A stretch of DNA of 64,000 bases from Candidatus Saccharimonadota bacterium. GTDB lineage: Bacteria; Patescibacteriota; Saccharimonadia; QS-5-54-17. Of this stretch, positions 38,168 through 47,137 are shown in pieces (position 1 is the first letter of the stretch; each line of letters opens with the position of its first letter). A model generated the notes under the pieces. That model was given only the letters and a program-made list of their open reading frames with translations. It was not told the origin of the DNA and did not search any database. Made by a program: the position numbers and the translations under genes. Location of the stretch: positions 1,623 to 65,622 of the forward strand of contig JBJHCT010000002.1 of NCBI GenBank assembly GCA_050486185.1, given 5' to 3'.

Positions 38168-39220
38168 ATGGCTAATTTTTTATCAAATAAAATCAAGGAC
38201 AGTTTCTTTGCCCTAGATATAGGCTCTACGGCTGTGCGAGCTGTACAGCTTAAGGGTGTAGATATACCCAAGAACATCATGTCCTATGCGTCAGTACCTA
38301 TAGATCCTAGGATTGCAGAAAGCGATTCTAAGCAAGACTTACAATCCCTAAAAAAGACTATTGAGAAACTAATCAAAGATGCCGGTATCAGCGAAAAAAA
38401 CGTAGTGGCTGGTATACCTACCAAGAAAATATTTGCTTCCGTAGTAGATTTTCCTAAACTATCAGGTGCAGAGCTTAAGAAAACAGTCGAGTATCAGCTA
38501 GAGAGCCATGTACCGACATCGATAGATGAGGTCAAAGTTGACTGGGTGCCTCTAGGCCCGTCTTTAGTTGATGAGGATAAACTAGAGGTATTGATCGTTA
38601 GTGTGAATAAAGACTTTGCAGAAGAGCGCATGAACCTAATCGATGATTTAGGACTTAATACTATTGCTTTTGAACCAGATGCTATCGCTTTAACTAGATC
38701 CCTAGTCAGTAGTGGCTACAGTGGCTCTAGCTTGTTGCTTGATTTAGGCTATCTAAACACTGATTTAGTTATCACGGTTGGTGATAAGCCAAGATTAATC
38801 AGATCGGTACCTGTAGGTGGTCAATCATTCGTTAAAACAGTAGCTCAGAATTTAAACCTAGATGCTAATCAAGCCCAGCAGTTTGTTTATAAGTTTGGGT
38901 TAAGCACTGATAAGGCGGAGGGGCAAATATATAAGGCACTAGAGAACGTTGTAGAGAATTTAATTAGCGAGATTAGTAAATCGATTAAGTTCTTCTCCGA
39001 TCGATACTCCGGAGCTAAGCTAGACCGCATAGTAGTTACTGGTGGGGCATCGGCATTACCAGGACTGCCTTTATATATAGCCAATAGAACCGGTATACAG
39101 GTAGAGATCGGCAATCCTTGGCAGAACATCTCCTATTCTCCCAGCCAATACAATGAGTTGATTAGATTATCTAGTCACTATGCTACGGCTTTAGGTTTAG
39201 GATTGAGGGCTGAAGAATGA
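38168..39220 (+). CDS. pilM: Type IV pilus assembly protein PilM (locus A)
   Basis: ALDIGSTAVRAV, LLDLG, IVVTGGAS, GNPW and YATALGLGLR. The start was set to ATG 38168. Confidence 0.95.
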   Translation: MANFLSNKIKDSFFALDIGSTAVRAVQLKGVDIPKNIMSYASVPIDPRIAESDSKQDLQSLKKTIEKLIKDAGISEKNVVAGIPTKKIFASVVDFPKLSGAELKKTVEYQLESHVPTSIDEVKVDWVPLGPSLVDEDKLEVLIVSVNKDFAEERMNLIDDLGLNTIAFEPDAIALTRSLVSSGYSGSSLLLDLGYLNTDLVITVGDKPRLIRSVPVGGQSFVKTVAQNLNLDANQAQQFVYKFGLSTDKAEGQIYKALENVVENLISEISKSIKFFSDRYSGAKLDRIVVTGGASALPGLPLYIANRTGIQVEIGNPWQNISYSPSQYNELIRLSSHYATALGLGLRAEE

Positions 39221-39918
39221 TAACCATTAACTTACTCCCAGATATCAAGAAAGACTATATTAACGCTAGGCGGCAGCGTAACAAGGTGGTCGGCTGGTCT
39301 ATTTTTGCAGGAGGCGGCGCGATAGTCTTAGTAATTATTTCCTTAATTATTATAGCCGCTCAATGGGTAGTAGTTAATAATACTCGAGAGAATGTTGAGG
39401 CCTTAAGCCAAGAACTAGCAGACAAAGAAGATGTTATTGAATTAATAACTGTCCAAAACCAGCTACAAGTATTACCAGAACTGCACTTGCAAAAACCTAA
39501 AATTGATCGACTTTTTGAGTATCTGCAGTCACTGACTCCAGAAGGTGTGCGTTTGAGCTCAGTCAGACTAGATATGGATCGCCAAATCCTAGAAATCACC
39601 GGTAATGCTAGAAGCATTAGAGATTTTAATGCGCTGGTCGATACCTACAAGGCTACTCTCTATCAGGCGCAATCAGTAGATTCTAACGGTGATTCAACTA
39701 GTTTTTCCAGCCCCTTGGCGGCTTTTGAGGATGTTAGATCGGTAATGAGTATCGATGCAGCTACTCAGAATGCTAACTTTAGAATCACTATGGAGTTTGA
39801 CCCTGCTATATTTGACGCTCGCTACCCATCAGTTAGAATCTCTGCTAATGGTGTAGTTGCTGATGAAGATGATTCTGGCGAGGTTATTTTCGATGATTCA
39901 ATCGAGGTTGAGGAGTAG
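39217..39918 (+). CDS. pilN: PilN family protein (locus A)
   Basis: INLLP N-terminal motif, TM helix, coiled coil and TPEGV.L...ITG.A. Confidence 0.9.
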   Translation: MITINLLPDIKKDYINARRQRNKVVGWSIFAGGGAIVLVIISLIIIAAQWVVVNNTRENVEALSQELADKEDVIELITVQNQLQVLPELHLQKPKIDRLFEYLQSLTPEGVRLSSVRLDMDRQILEITGNARSIRDFNALVDTYKATLYQAQSVDSNGDSTSFSSPLAAFEDVRSVMSIDAATQNANFRITMEFDPAIFDARYPSVRISANGVVADEDDSGEVIFDDSIEVEE

Positions 39919-39920
39919 CC

Positions 39921-40559
39921 ATGAATTTATTTGATATAAACCTCACCAAAGATACCAAGATAGATAAAATCAAATCGACCATGATGGCATCGGTCATAAT
40001 ATCTGTGATAGTTATATCTTTCTCGTTGGTATTTTTGAAGTTCTTATTTGACCTTTGGAGCTACAGCGGCAGAGTCTACTCGGCCCAAAGAGAGGCTCGA
40101 ACAGTACTAGAATCTAATATCGAGGCCTACGAGCAGATGAAGCCTGAGTTTGACGTACTCAACTCAGCTAGCGGTACACCAGCTAGCCCAGACTCTAGCG
40201 TAGTTTTAGATGCTTTGCCTCATATATATGACTTTCCAGCTCTAGCTGCTTCGATGAAAAAACTAGCTGATTTAAGCGGAGTACAGCTAGTAGCTTTTAG
40301 TGGAGTGGATGAGGAGGGAGCTGTACCGGGTCCATCTCCTACACCCGTGCCATATGATGTTCACTTTCGCATAGAAGTCGGTGGATCATATGATGATATT
40401 CAAGCCTTTATCAACTCTTTAGATACTTCTATACGGCCATTTGAAATTACAGCTATTGAATTATTTGGTTCTGATAATACATTGAGAGCTGATATTAGAC
40501 TTAAAACCTATTATCAGCCGACCAAGAATCTTAATTATCCACAAAGGGTGGTGCAGTAA
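39921..40559 (+). CDS. pilO: PilO family protein (locus A)
   Basis: TM helix, coiled coil, ALP, GSYDDIQAFINSL..SIR and KTYY. Follows pilN. Confidence 0.85.
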   Translation: MNLFDINLTKDTKIDKIKSTMMASVIISVIVISFSLVFLKFLFDLWSYSGRVYSAQREARTVLESNIEAYEQMKPEFDVLNSASGTPASPDSSVVLDALPHIYDFPALAASMKKLADLSGVQLVAFSGVDEEGAVPGPSPTPVPYDVHFRIEVGGSYDDIQAFINSLDTSIRPFEITAIELFGSDNTLRADIRLKTYYQPTKNLNYPQRVVQ

Positions 40560-40813
40560 TGTTAGAGCAAAAAGATATCATCGCCATATCATTAATAGCT
40601 GTTATGAGTTTCATAGCTTCTTTCTTCATAGCTGCAGCTTTGATAACTACACCTGAGGATAGGGCCGAGTCGGTGATGGAGGTTAACGAACTCTCATCTA
40701 ATTTCTCACATCCCGATAGCGCTATATTTAATGAAGATGCCATTAACCCTACAGAAGAGATAACTATTGGAGGCGATTCTGCCACTAATCCATTTGATTC
40801 AGATAGGGATTAG
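40559..40813 (+). CDS. Small single-TM protein in the pilP position
   Basis: 84 aa, stop/start overlap with pilO, NPF motif near the C-terminus. Confidence 0.75.
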   Translation: MLEQKDIIAISLIAVMSFIASFFIAAALITTPEDRAESVMEVNELSSNFSHPDSAIFNEDAINPTEEITIGGDSATNPFDSDRD

Positions 40814-40819
40814 CTTGAT

Positions 40820-42031
40820 ATGTTGACCTTTAAATACACCGCTAGAGACCCTAAAACGCATGAGGAAATTAAAGCCACTGTTCAGGCTCAGTCTCAGGCC
40901 GATGCCGTTAAATTAATTACTGATCAAGGGTTAATGCCTACTAATATAGAGGTACAGACCTCTGGTAGTAATAGGTTTTCTTCTAGTAATAAAATTAGCT
41001 CCAAAGACAAGATTGTCTTTTTCCGCCAGCTATCAACACTAGTTGGTGCTGGATTGCCACTAACTCAGTCTTTAAGAACAGTTATAGAACAGCTAGATAG
41101 CAAAGCTTTAGTTACTATCTTGATGCAGGTTGTATCAGATGTTGAGGGCGGCACACCTCTAGCAGATGCTATGGGTAAACACCCCAAAGTCTTTAGCGAT
41201 GTAGTAGTTAGCCTTATAGCTGCGGGTGAAGCTTCGGGAATGCTAGATGAATCACTCAAGCGAATAGCCGATCAGACTGAAAAAGATGCCGAGATGGTCT
41301 CTAAGGTTAGAGGTGCTTTGGTGTATCCAGCTATAGTACTATTTGTTATAGCTGCAGTTATTATCTTTATGTTAACTACAGTTTTACCACAGATAGAGTT
41401 ACTGTACGCAGATTTAAATCAAGACTTACCTCTAACAACCGATATCATGCTCAAGATGTCCAATGTCATAACCAAGCTATGGTGGCTGGTTATAATAATC
41501 TTGGCTGGTGGTGTATTTCTAGTAAAGAAATATATCGATACTGAAAGCGGCCAAAGGCGTTTTGATGCATTTAAGATGAAAGTGCCGCTATTTGGTAAGT
41601 TATTTAAGAAACTATATATGGCTCGATTCGCTAGAACTGGAGCTATATTGATGCAGAGTGGAGTACAGATGTTAGAGATGTTGCGAATTACCGCTAGAGC
41701 CGTTAACAACGCGCTGGTCGCTGATGATATTATTAAAGCCGCCGGTAAAGTCAGAGGCGGTAAGCAGCTATCAGAGTCTCTGCAAGATAGTGAGCACTTC
41801 CTATCCCTAGTACCACAGATGATTAGTATCGGTGAGAAGTCCGGGTCTATAGACGGCATGATGTCTAAAGCAGCAGATTTTTATGAGAAAGAGTTGGATG
41901 ATGAAATCAAGACTATCTCTACTACTATCGAACCACTATTAATGGTTGTATTAGCGGTGATAGCAGCCATTATGGTCGGGGCTATACTGCTACCGGTTTA
42001 CGGTCTAGTGGGCGGCAACATATCTTTGTAG
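40820..42031 (+). CDS. pilC: Type IV pilus platform protein PilC (locus A)
   Basis: FFRQLSTLVGAG, AGEASG, ALVYP, QMISIGEKSG and IEP. Confidence 0.95.
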   Translation: MLTFKYTARDPKTHEEIKATVQAQSQADAVKLITDQGLMPTNIEVQTSGSNRFSSSNKISSKDKIVFFRQLSTLVGAGLPLTQSLRTVIEQLDSKALVTILMQVVSDVEGGTPLADAMGKHPKVFSDVVVSLIAAGEASGMLDESLKRIADQTEKDAEMVSKVRGALVYPAIVLFVIAAVIIFMLTTVLPQIELLYADLNQDLPLTTDIMLKMSNVITKLWWLVIIILAGGVFLVKKYIDTESGQRRFDAFKMKVPLFGKLFKKLYMARFARTGAILMQSGVQMLEMLRITARAVNNALVADDIIKAAGKVRGGKQLSESLQDSEHFLSLVPQMISIGEKSGSIDGMMSKAADFYEKELDDEIKTISTTIEPLLMVVLAVIAAIMVGAILLPVYGLVGGNISL

Positions 42032-42150
42032 GAAAGAATTTTTAAGCAAAAAGTTCTTAGTTGCGCAAACCTCTGATATGAAATAAAATATAAGCACAAG
42101 CTTGATTAAAAAAATTAAAAGATATAATATCAAGGATAGGCAACAAATTT

Positions 42151-42660
42151 ATGATAAATATTGATTCAATAAACAAGAAACTAAGATCAAGGAAACTTGA
42201 TAGTCAAAAGCAAGAAGGCTTCACTATTATTGAAGTAGTTTTGGTGCTGGCTATTGCCGGTCTAATCTTTCTAATCGTATTCTTAGCTCTACCGCAGTTG
42301 CAGAGCACTCAAAGAGACTCTCAAAGAAGGTCTGACTTGGGTAGATTTATGTCCGCACTCGAGACTTATGCATCTAACAACAACGGTAGGTATCCTAACG
42401 ATTCTGACTTGCAGCAGATGAACGCTTTTGTGGACGGCTACTTAACTAATCAAGGTGCTACTTTTAATGATCCACTGGAAGACGACTACCAGTTCGGCAA
42501 CGATCCTACTAGCCTAAGCTCGGGTACTATCTATTATCGAACAGGGGCTTACTGTGGTGACTCGGAAGGGACTTTTGCTACCGACGGTGCAGGGTCTAGG
42601 AATATAGCTGCTATGGTGCCTTTAGAGAATGGTATAGCTTACTGTATAGACAATAGGTAG
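42151..42660 (+). CDS. Type IV pilin, probable major pilin of locus A
   Basis: G|FTIIE prepilin site, QRDSQRRSD, YP motif and a C-terminal Cys pair. Has its own promoter-like TTGCGC-17-TAAAAT (42061-42089). Confidence 0.9.
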   Translation: MINIDSINKKLRSRKLDSQKQEGFTIIEVVLVLAIAGLIFLIVFLALPQLQSTQRDSQRRSDLGRFMSALETYASNNNGRYPNDSDLQQMNAFVDGYLTNQGATFNDPLEDDYQFGNDPTSLSSGTIYYRTGAYCGDSEGTFATDGAGSRNIAAMVPLENGIAYCIDNR

Positions 42661-42720
42661 GTCTTCTTTAGGTAGTAGCAACACATTTTAGCATAAGCAA
42701 TATGCTATAATCCAAGGTGT

Positions 42721-43524
42721 ATGAGCCTCAAGCAACGCAAACAAAAACTAGCCACAAATTCAGGGTTTACTATCCTAGAATTAATTTTATTTGTAGCTAT
42801 ATCTAGTTTGATGTTGACTATAGCCTTTACTAGTGTGGCTGGCAGGACTCAAGAAGCTCAATTTACTGATTCGGTAAGGACTCTGGAGTCACAACTTCGT
42901 CGCCACATTACCAATGTTAGTACTGGTCTAAATCTTCGCGGCGATGTTGATTGTGCTAAGTCCGGAGGGGTCTTGACCTTTCCAGCTGATAGTAACGCTG
43001 TAGAGGCTGGTCGCAATCAATCTTGTGTAGCTAATGGCCTATATATGTCTTTTGATTTAGATACGCCCGAGAATTATGTTGTGCAGTCGGTAGCCTCAAC
43101 TATAGAGTATGATGAGAGTCTTGGATCTTTAGAGAACCTAGTTGATAAACTTGTCTCTATGGACGTAGGGTTAGTACCAAATACTAGGTCGGAAAACGAT
43201 ATAAGTTGGGGTACAGAATACAGAGGTGGCTTTGTAGATTATGACGGTTCCGTAACTGAGGTAGCTGATATAGCTTTCTTAAAAATGAGATCAATAAATT
43301 CAAGCAGCCAGTACATGTTTGCTTACGCCAGAGAAGCTGGCGATACCGATGTGGCTGATTTAGAGGGGGAGATCGCTAGATTTAGAGATGAGAATATCGT
43401 TCCGATTCCATCCAATGTAGAGTATGGAATGTGTTTTGAGGGTGCAAATCGTGATTTTGTAGCAGTTGTAGTTGGTGGTGACGGTCAATTTAGTTTAGTA
43501 TTTCGTGATGAGAGGTGTAGTTAA
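42721..43524 (+). CDS. Minor type IV pilin
   Basis: G|FTILE prepilin site, hydrophobic helix and four Cys. Confidence 0.88.
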   Translation: MSLKQRKQKLATNSGFTILELILFVAISSLMLTIAFTSVAGRTQEAQFTDSVRTLESQLRRHITNVSTGLNLRGDVDCAKSGGVLTFPADSNAVEAGRNQSCVANGLYMSFDLDTPENYVVQSVASTIEYDESLGSLENLVDKLVSMDVGLVPNTRSENDISWGTEYRGGFVDYDGSVTEVADIAFLKMRSINSSSQYMFAYAREAGDTDVADLEGEIARFRDENIVPIPSNVEYGMCFEGANRDFVAVVVGGDGQFSLVFRDERCS

Positions 43525-45245
43525 TGTTCAACCTCTTTAAATCTACCTCTAACTCTCGCGGTGAAACCATCGTTGAGGTTCTTCTTGCTACAGTCATCCT
43601 CTCCACAGTTATCGCCGGAGCATATACTCTCTCTACTCGTGCCACTAGAATTGGTCAAGCCTCTATCGAACGTACGGAAGTTACTAATCAAGTCCAATCA
43701 AATGCCGAGGTCTTACGAGGCATTAGCTTCGAAAGAGGAGCTGCCTGGTCAAGAATAGTCACAGACGATGAAGAGACTAGTTTTGTGACTAACATCAAAC
43801 CTATCTATGATGAAACTACTTGTGAACCAACTCCTGGTTCTAGACCCTTCATCATCAACCAAGACAACATCGGCACGCCCGATGAAGACTCAGACAACGT
43901 CTTTGGTGCTAACGTCATAGAACCTTTCGAGACAGATGACGTATTAGACGAGAGTATCTATAGCTTCTGGATAGAAGCTTACCAAGAGACTGATAACTAT
44001 ATAGACTTCCACATTAGAGCCTGTTGGCAGAACCTAACCGGTTCTAGCTACAACCGTTCAGGAGCTGTACTGAGACTATATAGCGGCACCCAAGGTGGTT
44101 GGGGTAGATTCGTCTCTGGTCCTACTAGAAGATTACCCCTAGTAACCACTGATGCTATCTCTAATATCGAACCTGATTCTGCTAATACAGGCGGTAATGT
44201 AGCTGATGATGGTGGGGCTAGTGTAACTGCTCGTGGCATAGTCTACGCCACCTCTGCCTCACCGACCTTGAGTGATAACGAGATTAGACGAGGTGCCGGC
44301 ACCGGCTCCTTTAGCGTTAGCTTAACTAACCTCCAACCAGAAACCACCTACTATGTCAGAGCTTATGCTACTAACTCCTTTGGTACTTCCTATGGTAATG
44401 AGAGGGTCTTTGAGACCGATAGTGATGGTATAGAGGCTACTGGCGGATCCCAAACCACAGTTACTATTAGCGGAGAAACATACCGTGTGCATAGGTTCAC
44501 TGGTAACGGTAACTTTAGAATGCTATCAGATGAGGGTCGGGTAGAAGTACTAATAGTAGGCGGTGGTGGAGGAGGTGGTAACAATGGCGGCGGTGGCGGC
44601 GGGGCTGGCGGCGTAGTAGTTAGAACTTTAACTTTATCTAGCGGTACCTATACAGTTAGAGTCGGCAGTGGTGGTCGTGGAGCTTGTTGTTCAGGTTCTG
44701 TAACTAACTCTAATCGAGGCGCTAATGGTCAAAACTCTTCTTTTGATAGTATAGTTGCTCGTGGCGGCGGAGGCGGAGGCGGCAGGGGTACTAGCGGTAT
44801 AGGTGGTGCTAGTGGCGGCGGCGGAGGAGCTAGAGGTAATACTTCAGGTGGTTCTGGCATATCAGGGCAAGGTAATAGGGGTGGTAATGGGAGTAACCAT
44901 AGCTCTAGACCATCTGGTGGCGGTGGCGGATATGCCTCAGTCGGTATTCACGCAGCCTCAAGTAGAGGTGGTCATGGTGGCCACGGTTTTAACTCCAGTT
45001 CTTGGGGGATAGGTCGTAGCTGTGTGGCTGGCGGTGGCGGAGGCGCAATTTTGAGTGGATCTATTGGGGTAGGTCGTTGCGGCGGCGGTAATGGCGGTTT
45101 CGGTGGCAGTCCATATAACCAACCCCAATCACAGATATCGGCTACTGCTAATACTGGCGGAGGCGGTGGCGGCGGAAACAATCTAGCTGCTAGTGGCGGT
45201 GGGCACGGAGGCTCAGGAATAGTAGTTATTCGTTATCTTGATTAA
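43524..45245 (+). CDS. Minor pilin fused to FN3 and glycine-rich domains
   Basis: G|ETIVE prepilin-like site, FN3 signature LTNLQPETTYYVRAYATN, and a Gly-rich domain from VEVLIVGGGGGGG to GGSGIVVIRY. Confidence 0.85.
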   Translation: MFNLFKSTSNSRGETIVEVLLATVILSTVIAGAYTLSTRATRIGQASIERTEVTNQVQSNAEVLRGISFERGAAWSRIVTDDEETSFVTNIKPIYDETTCEPTPGSRPFIINQDNIGTPDEDSDNVFGANVIEPFETDDVLDESIYSFWIEAYQETDNYIDFHIRACWQNLTGSSYNRSGAVLRLYSGTQGGWGRFVSGPTRRLPLVTTDAISNIEPDSANTGGNVADDGGASVTARGIVYATSASPTLSDNEIRRGAGTGSFSVSLTNLQPETTYYVRAYATNSFGTSYGNERVFETDSDGIEATGGSQTTVTISGETYRVHRFTGNGNFRMLSDEGRVEVLIVGGGGGGGNNGGGGGGAGGVVVRTLTLSSGTYTVRVGSGGRGACCSGSVTNSNRGANGQNSSFDSIVARGGGGGGGRGTSGIGGASGGGGGARGNTSGGSGISGQGNRGGNGSNHSSRPSGGGGGYASVGIHAASSRGGHGGHGFNSSSWGIGRSCVAGGGGGAILSGSIGVGRCGGGNGGFGGSPYNQPQSQISATANTGGGGGGGNNLAASGGGHGGSGIVVIRYLD

Positions 45246-45263
45246 TGTTAAGCTTATAGTTGT

Positions 45264-46421
45264 ATGGTAGAGTTTTTAACATTTTTTATTATCCTAACAG
45301 CAGGACTGCTTTTCTCAGAGTTCTTTAATAGACTGCACTTGCCTTGGGTAACAGCTCTAATAATATCGGGTATTGTTTTTGGTAGTGAAGGCTTTGATAT
45401 TATCCAGAGCAATCAGGTGACTGACTTTTTCTCAGAAACAGGGCTAGTATTTTTAATGTTTATGGCCGGTCTTGAGATTAGCTTTGCTAGTTTCCGTAAC
45501 GTCAAACATGAAGTTACAGTTGTCAGTGCTATCAACGGCATCATACCACTGTTAGTTGCCTTAGCTATTGCTGTGATGTTTAATATGAGCTTTGATGCCG
45601 GTTTCTTACTAGGTGCCGCCCTTGTCTCCTCATCTATTGCCGTGGTACTGCCTTCATTAGAGGGGCGAGCCGTTTCTAGACGCAAAATTGGTCATACTAT
45701 TATCGGCTCAACCGTAGTGCTAGATATTGTCAGTGTGACTTTCTTCTCGATACTAATTCAACGGGCTACCGGTACTGACCTACCTTTGCTTGTACTTTAT
45801 ACCTTCCTAGCTCTAGCACTAGTAACTTTGAGGCTATCTGTTTCTAAAATTGAGGAATACCTAACTAAATTTGATAGTAAAAAATTCGAGCAAGAGCTAC
45901 AGCTGATTATCAGCATATTATTAGGTACAGTCATACTTTTCGGATTACTTGGTTTGCAGCCTGCTGAGGCAGGATTCTTTGCTGGGTTGGTTTTGAGCGG
46001 ATCGGTCAATGATCGTTTGACCAAGGCTAAACTCAGAGCTATCGCTTACGGGATGTTCATACCTGTTTTCTTTGTCATGGTTGGTGCTGAATTGCAGATC
46101 AGTGGTCTACTTAGCTCACCTAGCGCCTACCTATTAATTATAGTGGTACTACTAGGCTCAATCCTGTCCAAGTTCGGTAGCGGTTTTCTAGCCGGTCGCA
46201 TGACTAACTTCTCTAAACGCGAAAGCTTGCTTTTGGGCGCTGCTACCACTCCTCAACTTAACGTTACGCTAGCGATTGCTGCTACTGGATTCTCCTACGG
46301 ACTCATCAATCATGATCTATTAACTGCGCTAATTGTATTGAGTATCGGTACTACCATGATAGCGCCGATATTAATCAACAAATTAGCCTCTGGCCTGGAA
46401 GAAGAAGATAGCCAAAGCTGA
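45264..46421 (+). CDS. Cation:proton antiporter (CPA2)
   Basis: GLVFLMFMAGLE, SSSIAVV, LDI, FIPVFFVMVG and K-x-x-SG in a multi-TM protein. Confidence 0.9.
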   Translation: MVEFLTFFIILTAGLLFSEFFNRLHLPWVTALIISGIVFGSEGFDIIQSNQVTDFFSETGLVFLMFMAGLEISFASFRNVKHEVTVVSAINGIIPLLVALAIAVMFNMSFDAGFLLGAALVSSSIAVVLPSLEGRAVSRRKIGHTIIGSTVVLDIVSVTFFSILIQRATGTDLPLLVLYTFLALALVTLRLSVSKIEEYLTKFDSKKFEQELQLIISILLGTVILFGLLGLQPAEAGFFAGLVLSGSVNDRLTKAKLRAIAYGMFIPVFFVMVGAELQISGLLSSPSAYLLIIVVLLGSILSKFGSGFLAGRMTNFSKRESLLLGAATTPQLNVTLAIAATGFSYGLINHDLLTALIVLSIGTTMIAPILINKLASGLEEEDSQS

Positions 46422-46481
46422 TATAATCTTTGTAAGAGAAGTAAATTAAAGGTAAATTTTTAAGTGAGGAGGGTAAATCTA

Positions 46482-47114
46482 ATGGGTAAAGGTTTCTGGG
46501 CAGTACTAGGTTTAATAGTAGTAGTAATGGTAGGTGTAGTTATAGCTTTTGGCGATAGGGACTCTGCTCCAAGAGAGGTGATAGAGAACCCTCATGAGAT
46601 TACCGAAGAAGATAATGCGGTAGGCCCAAGTGATGCACCGATAACTTTAGTAAAATATAGCGATTTTCAGTGTCCAGCTTGTGAAGTCGGCTATCGGGCC
46701 TTAAAGGATATCAAGGTTGAATTTGCAGATGATTTACAATTTGTTTACCGTCACTCACCGTTTCTCACGCAAGCCTATGATGCGGCTAGAGCCTCAGAAG
46801 CTGCTGCAAGGCAAGATATGTTTTGGCAGATGCACGATATGCTATTTGAAAGACAATCGCAGTGGAGCGGTAACGCCAATATCCGCAGCTTATTTGAATC
46901 TTACGCTGAAGAGCTAGATATGGATGTCGACCAATATAGGGAAGATTTTGAGAATGCTGGCTCTAGGGTTGAGCGAGATGTAGCTATTCGTGATCAGATT
47001 GATGTTATCGGCACTCCTACCTACTTCATAAATGGTGAGAGGTTGCCGGAGAATCCTCAGACTAGTGAGAGATTTGCAGAGATTATATCTGAATACTTAG
47101 CAGATATAGAGTAG
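46482..47114 (+). CDS. Membrane-anchored DsbA-family oxidoreductase
   Basis: YSDFQCPAC, FWQMHDMLF and GTPTYFING. The start was set to ATG 46482. Confidence 0.92.
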   Translation: MGKGFWAVLGLIVVVMVGVVIAFGDRDSAPREVIENPHEITEEDNAVGPSDAPITLVKYSDFQCPACEVGYRALKDIKVEFADDLQFVYRHSPFLTQAYDAARASEAAARQDMFWQMHDMLFERQSQWSGNANIRSLFESYAEELDMDVDQYREDFENAGSRVERDVAIRDQIDVIGTPTYFINGERLPENPQTSERFAEIISEYLADIE

Positions 47115-47137
47115 AAGTTAGCTCTATACCTTTATTC

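Noticed and set aside
44560-45220. GC-rich GGCGGC runs suggesting a foreign element, G-quadruplex array or DGR target
   Set aside because: Explained by poly-Gly codons. No template repeat or reverse transcriptase is present in the window.
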